Assembly (NCBI GenBank): GCA_001949185.1
Contig: BDGG01000009.1
Coordinates: 124,001-188,000, forward strand
Source: Ramazzottius varieornatus
Taxonomy: Eukaryota; Animalia; Tardigrada
Reading direction: 5' to 3'
DNA: 64,000 bases
Shown: one piece after another, positions 1 to 12,346 of the stretch
How positions within the stretch are numbered: position 1 is the stretch's first letter
How the letters are laid out: every line of letters starts with the position of its first letter
The notes under the pieces: generated by a model
What the model was told of the DNA's origin: nothing
The model's input: the letters and a program-made list of their open reading frames with translations, nothing else
Database searches by the model: none
Translations under genes and position numbers: made by a program

Positions 1-846
1 GATGAGCGAAAGATATTCAACATGCAAGATAGTCGTCCATGAAATATGTGGCAAAGTGCGCTCTGGGGCCCATACAGAAATAAATTCGTAGGAAAGTTTT
101 GCTGGAAATCTGTTTTCGTAATGTCGATACAATGTCGTCTTTACTATATTTTGGCCCTTTAGGCTTTTGCATAAAACTGTCACGTGATGGAAGACGAGCA
201 GCAAAAATTCGGGTATACTTCCTTGTCCGAATTGTCGACACTCACCTGTTGATTGATTGAAGAAATGGAACTTTTGTCACCTGAACAAAAAGTTTGAATT
301 AATAGAATCGGACATTGCGGTAAGGAAATACAAGTGTGTAAAGACAAACCATGGGGTGGTGATGACCCTTGACTGTGACTGTACCTCAACTAGGCTGGTG
401 GAATCTCGATTGAGTATAGTACTCGGAGCCAAGAATTTGAAATCAAGTCCATGTGATCAAGTGGCCATCAAATGCGCTACCAGCCACAAGATGGAACAGG
501 CTTTCCAGAGACAAACGAGTACGATGAAGGTTCCCATGATGGTGCACTGGATTTGGGCGTGGTGTAAAACGCTTTTCTTGGAAAATCCAGAGCAGTATGC
601 TCTCTGAGCACTGTCACGGTCGGTTGAGCATTCAACTGACCCTGGCACTGTACATAGTCTCATAGTCTGCCATGCTATCATAATCATATAATGCTTCGTA
701 TTTTCAAGCTGATATACCTGCATTGCTGCAAGGTCCTCGGTCACGAGTGTACCCTCAGCCAGGAGTGTTTAAAAGGATGACCGTTCGATGGTCCATGCTA
801 AAATTTGCTAAACCAAGTTGCTCGTTCCGGAAGGCGAATCTAGATC

Positions 847-1373
847 TCAGAAAAAGTTATTAGCGCCTACTCTCGACGACGAAACCTGGTAGTCCTTATC
901 GATCGCACTTGCGTACTCCCATATCTTGTTCTCACAAGTCAAGAGAACCTCGAGATCCATTCCGAGTTTCACCGCCAACAAGTCGCACTGAGCCAGGTAG
1001 ATGGCCTGCAAAACAACGAATGTACCGTCAAACATGACGACCAGCAGGTTTGAACTACAATGGTAAGTCAGTATGTCGAAGATCAAGCTACCTCTAATTC
1101 GTCTCGTCGACGATGCGGCCACAAGCGAACATTCGCCTCCACGCTTTGGCTTCGACGCATCAGCTCTTTGTACCATTCGGCCACTTCTTCCATGTTCAAA
1201 GCAATCTCCTCGCAAGTCGGCGCTTGATTGCCGACGAGGAAAAAGACATCATGTCGCTCCGCGATGTAACGTCTCAGTGTGTCCAAGTTACGTACTCTGC
1301 GGCCACCGTCGAAGCACATCAAGTTCGCCTCGTACCAAGTGTGATCGTCATACCCCGTGATCACGCTGTCCAT
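847..1373 (-). CDS. Orphan two-exon gene, ~146 aa, no recognisable domain
   Basis: ORFs 1083-1406 and 847-1215 join in phase 0 via an 86-nt GT-AG intron (1006-1091); ATG at 1373. Confidence 0.4.
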
Positions 1374-1504
1374 AGCTGAAAGGAACTTCCCTTCGATGAT
1401 GTACAACAGAAGATTACGTTAGGTGGCAGAAACATTTAGAAATCACAGCTAACCACTTGCACCGGTCCCTACATCCTCTAGCGTTTCGAAATCTTATTTC
1501 AAAG

Positions 1505-1989
1505 ATGTCCGGCACTGAGAACCACGGTGGCGGAGGCCTGGCAAACGGCGGCTATGGACGTCTGCGGAGACTGGGTGAGTTCACGGTGCTACCGGTGATC
1601 CCTATTGTTATGGTTCAATCAACCCGCAGAAACTTGATTGAACCACAACAATGGGAATTACCGGCAGCAAAAGCCCGATCAAACTTAATTTCATCGGGTA
1701 CGGCCGTGAAGTTGTCCGTGGCACGGGCTGTCCTTATACCTGTGGTCTGCTGGCAGGATTGATATGGCAAAACGGGAAAACTACCAGGACAACCCGCGCC
1801 GCGGACAACATCACGGCCATCGTGAACTCAACAGTCCGCGCCGTCGTCTCCACCATCCAAGCCATCACCGCACCGACCTCTCCGCCGCCGCTGCCTCCGA
1901 GCAGCTTTGTCCAGGACCACCCTTTCATCTTTGCTCTGTTTGTGTTCTGCTGTCTGCTGGTTGTGATCCTGGTTGGGCTGCTCGTATGA
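1505..1989 (+). CDS. Small orphan membrane protein with Thr/Pro-rich stalk and C-terminal TM helix
   Basis: ATG 1505; phase-1 donor GTGAGT at 1575 is compatible with the acceptor before 1757; ends FIFALFVFCCLLVVILVGLLV*. 5' structure ambiguous. Confidence 0.35.
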
Positions 1990-3886
1990 AAGCGACGGCG
2001 GGGAGCTGGAGCGGTGCAGCCTCGGAAGGCGAAGACGTCGGAGAGCTCAAATGAGAACCTTTTCGACTCCATCCCCTTACGGTAGCCTTGGAGCCATTAA
2101 CACCTTCCGGACTCTCTTGTCCTTTCGTTTTTCGTTCTACTTTTACTTTTTTATTGTGTAAAAAACAGTGTCAAAGAAAAAACGTAATGAAGAAAAACAA
2201 AGAAATTCGCTGTTTTCAACCGTAATCCCCCCAAAAATAGAAATCCCCTAAGGGAAATTTATATTCATATAGGGGTCCGGTAGGAGTCTCATCCCTAGCT
2301 GCGACGCGATACTTTGCGGAGGTCCTCCGTCCTCGTGGCCACACACCGTGGCCCGTGGGACACGCGCGGGCCGAGGATGGCTCACCGGCCCGCGCTCGTG
2401 TTATCCCTTGAATGCCAGGGATCAAAATCAGATGGAAATGAGAAAATTAACTGTACCATGGAAAGGATGACACTCGGCCGAGAACTCATTTGTCGATGTT
2501 GCGCAGCTGATGATCAGCTCAGGAATACGGAAGAGAAAACTTGCAAGCCCAAACGGTCGCTACTGACCAGCCGAACCATCTTCGAGCGAATCCCTTATCT
2601 CTATCAAAATCGATAACGGTGATTTATTACCACTTCGTCCACGAATGGAAAACGTTCTGCCATTCCATCTCGACAGCCCCCTTGTTACGCTCGCTACTCG
2701 ACTCCAACTTTTGGAGTCGAGTAGAAAACTGCTGACTCAAAATGTTGACTGAAAGTTGTTTAGCTGTAATCTGCCTCTCGAAAAAGATATGCCGTGTCGT
2801 TGTACTACTCGTCGAAAGAATGATACAACAAATTTAATGAAATCGAGTCGGAATGTAGGGCGGACGCTTAACAACAAGGTTTTTGGAAATGGGTTAGATC
2901 GTCTACCGATAAGCAAAACGATGAACGGGTAGCTGACTAAATGGGCTATCCAAGAACGGAACTCTGTTGATTACACTTAGTGGAGCTTGACTGCAAAAAG
3001 ACTTTGCGCAGAAACCGAGGTTCGCGTGAAACAACATTTTCGGTTTTTGAGGCAGTTTCGAAAATTTGTTATCCAGCTTTCTGACGATTTCCCGCGGTGT
3101 CAACAGTTACAGTAGCTAGTACCTGGTACAAAGACCGGGCTCCATGAAGAGTGGTGGAAAGCCTGAATTTTTGGTTTCGAGCGAAAGTTACCATATTTGT
3201 CAATTGTCACGAGGAATAGTTTCCCAGTAAGACGGGTGAGATCGACCGTTTCAATTCATTTGTAAGGTTTGTATGGTACTATGCAAAATTATTCGGTTTT
3301 CGATGATAGCCCTCATAGCTGTGAGTCTGTTAAAATCAAGCTGAGGATGAGTACTCAAACACGGAATTCCAGAGACAATTTCTTGTTCGCGGTGAAAAGT
3401 CTTCCCCACCGGTTATCTCATCAACTTTTCCAGCCTAGAGCTCAATGCATACGAATAAGCTATACCTCAACAAAAGCAGTGCGAAAAGTCGCACGGATTG
3501 TCTGAAGGAACAAGACGGAAACGAATGATCTAAATTTTGTTTCTCTGCCAAAGTTCCAGGGGTAGTCAGCGGAAACCCCCTGTAAATACAACGTTAGGGC
3601 TGAGTTAGGTCGAACCTGTTGCCTTCCGTTCATCCGAATCTTCTGATGTTGACCTGCTGTAGTATTCAGGTCTGTACTAGTTATTCGCTTCGCCTTCGGC
3701 TCGGTCGCAGCTTGTCGACGATGCAGAAAAACGGAAACGACTCGGCACAGAAGAATGATGCAAATATTGAAAGTTATGGTCAGTTCGGACAGAGTAGATC
3801 CCATTGGCTCGTTCTAACTGGACCCACGAGGAAACCTTAGAGTGTGCAAATTGAAACCATTAGAAAGCTTCGATTTTGTTTGATCT

Positions 3887-4230
3887 TCACGCGACAATCC
3901 TTTTGAGATATTCAGTCATGTCGTCCAGAAAACAGAAAGCTTGTCGCGTCTTTGGCGGTTCGTACTTGAAGACCGAATACTTTGAAGCCCGCAACCAAGC
4001 CCAGTAGAACGGCCACTTTTCGATCTTTTGTGAGTTTGCTATTAATATCATTATTTCTCACGTGATTCTGGTGTGGACCTTATATATAATCCTACCGCAC
4101 CTTTTAAAAGTGCCTTCAGCATCTTGTCATGCACACTTAGAGAGCCGTTCGGTTGAAAATCCTGTTCATAGTCCATCCCCAAAAGCTTCAGGATGTTCAA
4201 GTGATTAACAGATTCCAGGTCTGCGATAAC
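3887..4230 (-). CDS. Last two exons of a possible orphan spliced gene (5' part unresolved)
   Basis: IADLESVNHL...KALLK and ANSQKIEKWPFYW...KRIVA* join in phase 1 across a short GT-AG intron; no homology recognised. Confidence 0.25.
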
Positions 4231-6259
4231 TGGAGGAGAGAAAACGAGAAAAGAGAACGAAGTTTGACAAAACAGTCAAAACTGTAGTGATCAGCTGCTC
4301 TTCTACCCATAGTGCTACAGACCAATCAAATAGCGAATCAACCAGCACACATTCAAGCACTTGACTGATGCCGATGTGAACTTGCTGACGCCCATGTTCC
4401 GCCCAAATTCTGACGTCACTTCCACTTGCTGCTTTGTCTTCCAGGATTTTTTTCTGCCAGCCAATAGAGAAAACTCTCCTCTACCTCTCTGCCGTTTCAG
4501 TTTTTGAAACAAGACTGGAGCGTTGGAAAAATCCAAGGGCATCGCGTGGTAGGCTTCGCCACGGACAGAAGTTTCGCAAAACTGTCCGGCCTTTTACGAA
4601 GATTTTGCCGAAAAGTCCAGAGCTATTTCCTGGCTGAAGCACCCCACATGCATGCAGACGCACATTCGAGCTGTATGATGTCGTTTTGACGTCAAAGTTT
4701 TGTCGGTCGAAACTTCGAATCACTTCAGACTTTTCTGACGAAGTCATGTGACCAGTGGTCAGAAGGCCAGCTGGACTTTAAGATTGTGTTCCTCGTTGTC
4801 TGTCACACCACATTGCATCAGCAGTTCAGTTGCCCTTGGAGTCCCAAAACTACAGACTCGTTTCCTCAACAATTAGACTGGCGAACATTCGTATTAAAAT
4901 TGGGCCGCCGAAACCCATATATAAATTAGAATCTATCAAATCAAGTTAAAATCAGAAGGGTCGGATGAGCGGAAGGCAAAAAGTTCGACCTGACAAGTCC
5001 ACCATGCCTGACAACTCCGCTAGGCTCTTCCCATAATTTTCCTCTGGTGCCGCTCAATATTGGAAATTTTTGGAGGTACTTCCACAGTTCCACTCTTTCG
5101 ACATAATCCAGTTTTTTCCTCCAGAACATCGTGTAGAGCCCAATTATTGTCGCTGGCAACAAGGCAAAACTCTGCGTTATTTGTAAAGTGCGCGAGGTAA
5201 ACGGTGCGTCCGATTCCCTACTTCTTTTGCCTTCCCGTTTTACCTAATTGTCCAGAGAGGATTTAGTGAGACACCTTGAAGGTCTCGTAAGAGTTTTATA
5301 GGAGGCCGGAGAGCATCGGATTCAACAAACTCCCCGAGCACGTTATTGTCCACCTTCAATTTCGGTCTTCCGTAGGGCTGACTTCTTGGCAAAAAATGTG
5401 TATAGCGGAGATCTACCCAATCTCCTACAGTACGCTTGTTAGCTGCTTTCTTTCGAAAAACGGTGCATATCTTCTTGCCCGTGTGGGATGCGTCGGCGCC
5501 TCGAAAAAATTCATAGTTTTGAATGACCCAAAACTCTGGTTGTCCACGCTTCAGGCAAAACTATTCCCGCTTTACCGCGGAGCTGGGAAACTCAGAACAC
5601 AGGAACGCCAAACGATAACCAGGAGCTGGCACAGTGATGGAAAAGAAACTTCAAGACAAAAGAGCAAGGAGAGTGCGACTATGAATTTTTGAAGTTGACG
5701 TGTTTCCGTGAGTAGCAAGTCACACTTCCGCACTCAATAATCAATAGGTCATGTAGGAAAGTGTGGTCACCGTACATCACATCGGAGCCTGGAATAACTG
5801 GCAAAGGCCGGAAGATAGACTATATCCCCACTGTGCCCCTACGCTAGTTCGCCTTTCCTGAGAAATGAATTTTAATTTTCATGTATGTTTTGTTTGCCCA
5901 GCTCCCATATGACTCATGGCGGAATCAGTTAAGCATCGGCGTGGTCGGAAGTTGGTACGTTCACCTTGCCGTACACCATAACACAGAAATATTGCATTAT
6001 TATGCTACTTATGACAACGTTTATCCGTCGAGGATATTTAACTGCATAATACACGATATTCTACACATACGAGGTTCGCGGAGGTGGACCCGAAGGCTTG
6101 AGGTACGAGTACAGATAAAATCCAGATGAAAACTACTGAGCGTAATTCTAGCTTGATTGAGGTGGTTCCTGTTTAATAAGACGATGGTTACATAAACCGA
6201 ACGAAAACTCGACAAGCGGATAATAAATTAGAGCATTAATTAAGCATGCTGCCGGGCGC

Positions 6260-7197
6260 TCATACAACATCCGGTGCTGACTCCAGAGTAAAAACCTTAT
6301 TTTTGAACAGAAACTGCGCGACTTCTTCAGGGATCTTTTCCATGCAGACTTTGTAGTCCACGAACTCCGGCTCACGGCCGGCGTACGTCAACATGAAAGA
6401 CAAATCGTCGAGAGTACGTATGCCTGCTTCCCTCGGCTTGTACCCAACAATGGTACCCGTAAACGTTCCAGTCTCCAGTGCAGACATTCCCGCTTTTGGC
6501 TCGACCAGCAGGCTCCTAGCTTTCAGACACGTCAACGTGGTGTTGCAGCCTCTGCTGACCATCGTCTTGCACCCCACCATTCTCACGGGTTTGATCACAC
6601 GAGTCGAGGACAGATTCTTTTGAGCAGCTTCTTTTACTGCACTTGGAATTGCGTTCACGCGCGGAGCGACTGTTGAAAAGTCTTCGCACACTGGCGTGCC
6701 AACATCCCGGTGCTCTACCTGCATACCTTCATACGCCCCGGTATTGACCAACATTTCTGTAACATGGTACTAGATTAAACAAACCACACCCGTATCGCGC
6801 AACCAGTCATACCCGAGATGCCACTTTCTTTCACGGACGGTATCGACATCTTGCTCTTTCGGATTTTCTGCTGAAGTGTTGAGAGGCTTCTACGACGAGA
6901 GCGGAACGTCACTTTAGTGGCTGTCGGTTTGTTGTTCATAACGGGACGTCTACGGTTTCGTTTCCGACGTTCCTGCTGAAAAGCAACCCAGGCATCGTTG
7001 TTTTCACCAAAATGGTGTCGCGGTTCCCAAGTATGCTGGTCAGAACCGAGCCATTTAACCAAGTACATGGCCCGTTTTACTCCCCCACGTGCAAACGCTT
7101 TGCGTTTGAGGATTTTTTCAGCGACATGTCCGTCTTCAAATGATGCGAGACGTGCTCTGCGATTTTCACCAGGATGACTAGATGAACGGAATTGATT
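6260..7197 (-). CDS. Divergent HP1/CBX-like protein (chromodomain + basic hinge + chromoshadow-like domain), 5' exon not located
   Basis: Exon 7197-6813 encodes EDGHVAEKILKRK...MYLVKWLGSDQHTWEP (chromodomain); 56-nt intron 6757-6812; exon 6756-6260 ends TIVG...DLSFMLTY...EPEFV...KIPEEVAQFL (chromoshadow pattern). Confidence 0.7.
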
Positions 7198-10100
7198 CTA
7201 AAACATACGCTGTTTTCAATAGCTGGAATTTGCAAAGCCAGGCTGGAGCCAGTTTAGAACCACTGTAATTATGTCCGGTACGATGTAATGCCACAGCTAG
7301 AAGTCTAGAACTCGTGAAAGCACGAGCAATAAATTGGAGATTTTCGCGCGAAAGGGAATTTGCAAACTGCTACATCATCATATTCACCAAATTCTGGAAA
7401 GTTAGAAAAGCAACTCTACTTACGACAGTTTTGATCGACTCAACGTTGTCAGACATTGCTCCTGAATCAGAGAGACACTGATACCTTCCTATCCTGAAAC
7501 CATACATATGTACCATTCCAGTCTGTAAAGTTAGATATGAAAGACATGAGAAATCCAGAACCTTACCTTTTCCTTGGTGAGAAAGTTGGAGATCGCAAAA
7601 CTGACGGGTAGAAATAGCCAGATAGGATTTTCTGCGTGCTGCCTATCCTGTATCTGACTGCACCGCTAAATCATCCAGTCAATGGAGAGAAACTGCAGCG
7701 CATACGTGACATATTAACTTTGTCGTGCCTCGGTTCAAGTTGTCTAGATTGCGAAACGACAGAGCACGCTGCATGCTGACGGCATGGCATGCGCATTGAT
7801 TCCCTACACCCAATATTTTGAGGCGCGTACTCGTTAGTACAGCTTGCTTCACAGCAGGGGTAGACTCGCAAGCCAGTCCAGGGTGGGAAACGATATAGCC
7901 TATATCAAACTTTCCGCTACAGTTGATCGAGTGGTTGCTTTTCTCTTCGATGCGGGTAATTAGATGCCCCAAAAGCACATAGCCACAGCGTTGTTGACCT
8001 CTGAAGCAAATCCAGGAAATACATTCCTACTTCGCTTTTATCTTCTTGATAAGCCTCAGTTTTTGAAGCGCTCAGAAAAATAAAGCGAAACTCAAACAGC
8101 GAATATAGCTACAATAAAAGGCAGTTCGCGAACACTTTTGAGTAATTTTCAAAACGGGGGCTGCGGCTAATTTTGTGCACGTCAAATTCGATGAGAAGTG
8201 TATGCACTCGTTAAACGAGCACAATGACATGGACATGCGTTCCGTCAGCTATTTAAGCAAGAGCGTGTGGTTTGGCAGGCCGTTCTTTGACATCAAACAA
8301 GGCTAACTTCATGCGTTTCTGTTCCCGTTTAACAGTCGTTTCCTGAAAAAAGCTGTCATCTTCACTGTCATCTTCACTGCGTCCAGTTCGGGATAGCCTG
8401 GAAACGTATGTGCTCGATATGTCGCCCCATGGCCGTCGCTACAGATCGAGTGAATTCAAGCTGCTTGTTTTTAGTTTCGTAGGGAAGCGAGAATGGGGCA
8501 CACTTATGGGTAATCATCAGTTTGAGTCTGGTCTGAAGGTCCACGTAGTTTCATGCAAGCGAGGGTTTCCAGTCCAGACCGAAAAATGTAGATCTCGAGC
8601 CATAAAGCGGTGATACGTAGAGCTACTTGTCTGCTGCGGTGCGTATCGTCCTTCAATTGACATGTGCTTCTGAAAAGGAACAAGAGTACCGAAATACTGT
8701 GACTGTCCTTGCGTAATCGGAGCAGTGAAAATTCAAAAAGGATTTGCTGTTTCTGAACCTAGGGTGCTATACTGCCGCATCGCTCTAGATAATTCGAGGT
8801 GCCAATGAAGTGGGACAAGATTGGTCAGACTCCGCGTAAAGAATCCCTCCGGTATGCGCCGTGTTGGCTGTTCTGTGTCATGTCGTAGCGGTCAGCTGAT
8901 CGATCCACACGATGACCAGATATTTCACCCACCATCCGCGCGAGGTGTTTTTACACGCACGCGGATCCAAACCTGTCCTGCATCATTGGCACTTTAAAGT
9001 AATTCCAGTAACTGGGACTGTCGAACTGATTTTTTCTGTCAGTTTCGATATACCGACGTCACAGAGTACTCCTCGTGGCACTGCAGCATTGCACTGGCTG
9101 ACGGTGTGTGGCCGAGACTGGAGGGAATGCTACTCTGTAGGGTATAAATGAGGTGGTTAACTGGGAACCCTTGAAACAGACAGCAGGAACTTTTAGAACT
9201 TGTGATTTCCGGGTGTGATATCACGGAAAACCGGTGATCCCACCCTATCGCTTGTTCCCAGCATTTCCATCCTACCGTTCCCACCCTGTTCTCCCAGGGT
9301 GGAAATTTCCACCTCTTGTATATCAGAGCTATTTAGGGCAGTGTTGTTCCGATACGAAAGCGGAACTAATTCGAATCCGGTCGCTCATGTTAAGTCTATG
9401 GCAACAGCGGGCCATATCGGAATTGAATTCTGCATTATGCATTAAAATACATTGTATCGGAACAACACTGATTCAGGGTGGTCGTTTTTCCACCATTTCC
9501 GACCCTCGCCGACCAGTGCTTCACAGCTGTGCGCTTCTACCGAAATTTTGAGTCTGCGCTTTGGAGCCGGGCCAGTGCGTTCACGTAGTCACAGCGAGGT
9601 CAGTTTTCGCAGAAATTCCAGTTCCTGGTAGAAGAGCGAGCTCGCAGTTCCTGTCCCGGAGCCTCCCGAAGTCTCGTCAGACGATGCGTGGAGGGAGCCG
9701 TGACGAGACGAAGACGGTTTTTTCGGTAATACAAAAAAGAGGCGGGCTTGGGACCGGACACGTGGTTAATAGTTTTGGGGCTAGAGCATAAAACGGTTAA
9801 AACCGTTCGGGATTTCGGATACCAAACAGACTGTTCCCAAAATTTCAAAACCAAGCGGAAACGAGCGGTTGAAATATGCGTTTGACCGTGACCAGAACCG
9901 AATGCAAAAAGCTGACGGCCCAAACTGAACGGAACCGTGCCAAAAGTTTCTTGTAAGAGCAAAACTCATCAGAACAGTCGCCTTTTTATCCTCAGATCGC
10001 AGTGTGTGGATGTTTTGGCTCGAATTTTTGGAACTAAGCTTATCATTTTGCTTGGGAATTGTACTTTTTCTAGTATACTAGTATTTTATTAAATTGAAAC

Positions 10101-10375
10101 GTTATTTAATTAAAACGAGCAAAACAAGCGGAACATTTGTACACCGAAAACCGAACTGAAAGAAGCGGAAACGAATCGGCCTTTCCGAAAACGAAGAGCA
10201 AAGGAAGCGGAAGAACTGCGAAGAACAAAAAACAATAGTGCAGAAGCCTCTAAGCAGCGGTCATTGGCCCTGGGACCACGACGTAGAGGACATGATTCGG
10301 TGCAATACCACTCTACAGGGGACTCGGAAGAGTGGCTTTGTTCGGACACGCCGATTTTCGCATCGTAGTTCGGGC

Positions 10376-10561
10376 TAGAGTGGATTTGACCAAACCTTGG
10401 TCGGACCAATTGGCCAACTTTTGGTTCTCCTTGTGGTCAAATGATCATGCCAATGGTCAAAATGTGCCAGTATATTTTGACCAATGGTCAAACATATTGA
10501 CCAAAAGGTCAACCAATAGCTGACCAGTTGGTCCGACCGAAGGTTGGTCAAATTCGCTCTA
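10376..10561. mobile_element. hAT-type MITE (186 bp)
   Basis: ~42-bp imperfect TIRs TAGAGTGGATTTGACCAA.../...TTGGTCAAATTCGCTCTA, perfect 8-bp TSD GTTCGGGC (10368-10375, 10562-10569), internal TGACCA/TGGTCA repeats. Confidence 0.85.
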
Positions 10562-11120
10562 GTTCGGGCGACGCGAAAAGTGTGGATACTGTCATGAGGG
10601 CTGGATTTATCCCTCATCGTACGTCTGTTAACACAACTTCAGGCTTCTTCACACTGGTGAGGCGCTTCCCTCTTTGAAACTGATTGTCTCAAAGACTAAC
10701 CATCAGAATCTCTTCCTGTTTAAAGAAGTTCACAGGGAATAGATCCCCAGATCCCAGTTTCCGCCATCTTGGGGAAACAGTTCTGTTTTGCTCGAATTTT
10801 AATCATATCGTAGCAATCCCTGCATAAGCGCCTTAAAGTACGAGCGGAAATTACTCGTTGAGCTATTTTCGTGGAGCGGAACCTTGGGGTCTGAGACATG
10901 TACATAATTGTAGCCCGTGGAAAACCAACACCGACTCTTCTATTTAGCCTCCCTCATTTCAGTATCGTAAAGAAATTAGAGAGGCCTCTTGACATCCAGC
11001 GGGAAGCGCTTTTCTCGTCGTGAGCCGGTACGGGGACGGAAGGACGCAAGGAAAAATGAACATCGAGTCTGTTTTGAAGAAACTTTTACGTTTGGATAAA
11101 CTTGGAACAATGACTCCCTT

Positions 11121-11985
11121 TCATGTAATACTGCAGCCGCAACAGTGGCAAACAGTCGAACTTCTGTCATGGTTTCGCCTCATGGCAAATCTGGCTGCAG
11201 TGTCAAAGATTTCCCGAACTCCTTCGCGGTGCTTGGCTGAGCATTCCATATAAGCCTTGACTTTCATGGCATCTGCTCTCGACTTGGCATACTGCGTAGT
11301 AACCGTTCGCTAAAATCCAGAAAAGACATACCATGTAGTCTCCGAGCAGATTTTGATTGACACGAAGTCTTTTCCATCTTACCGGTTTTCGCTCAAATGT
11401 TGCTTCTTCGTCCTTCCGGAGGTCTCTCTTGGTCCCTACTAATATAACAGGAACATCGGGGCAATACTCCACGACCTGCAAACAAAGTCGTCACCTCGCA
11501 CGGCCGGGTTAGCGAAATACATAAAGCAGTTCCACCAGCTACCCACTTCAGGCATCCACTTGGTAGTGGCGTTTGTGAGGCTTTGCGGGTCGTCGATTGC
11601 AAAAACCAAAAGTATGACATCGGTGTCCGGATAACTGAATGGTCGTAATTTGTCAAAGTCTTCTTGACCGGCAGTATCCCATAAATACAGCTGAATCTGC
11701 ATAATAATTCAATTACGTTTGATCACGATCCATTGCCAGCTGAGTTCCCATCATTCCAGTCGGACAGGTCCCAGTTTACAGTAAATTTATACTACATTGG
11801 AAAACAAAACTTACCTTCTCGCCGGCAACATCGACATCCGCGAGAAACGTCTCGAATACCGTCGGAATATGATCTTCGGGGAAAACATTGTTGGCGAAGA
11901 CGGAGAGTAGGCAGGTCTTCCCGCAGGCTGCGTCCCCTACCACCGTTAGTTTGTACTGTTTGACTTTCTGCACCCTTATCCCCAT
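11121..11985 (-). CDS. RhoA-like small GTPase, 4 coding exons
   Basis: [55 protein letters not shown]-terminal CAAX CSIT. Exons ~11985-11815, 11696-11547, 11475-11383, 11310-11121. Confidence 0.92.
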
Positions 11986-12346
11986 AATCTGCCGCAAAAA
12001 TTATGGAAATATCCCCGAGCTGGTCCCTTCCTAGTCCTCACATGAGTATCACTCACCGAAGACAACAAACCTTCACGTGCGCGGTGGTATCATCGGTAGC
12101 ACAAATGTTCAAGGCCGCAGCTCTCTTTGGCAGGTGTAACTACATGCAGATACCAAGTTGATAACCAAACGCGTACGTTGAAATCAAAAGCTCAGCATAA
12201 TCGGACTATCGCTTCTAAATACCATAGGATTTGGTATTCTATTGTCTTACACCGATAATTGGTCACAACGTCGTGCCGTTGCGTAACTCCAACATTTTAC
12301 ACTGCCCGCTACACATCACAGGAAGCTGGTATGCAGTACGATTCCG

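Noticed and set aside
9782-9960. TAGAGC-starting segment rich in AAACCG/CGGTT motifs (possible hAT end)
   Set aside because: No matching right terminus or TSD found.
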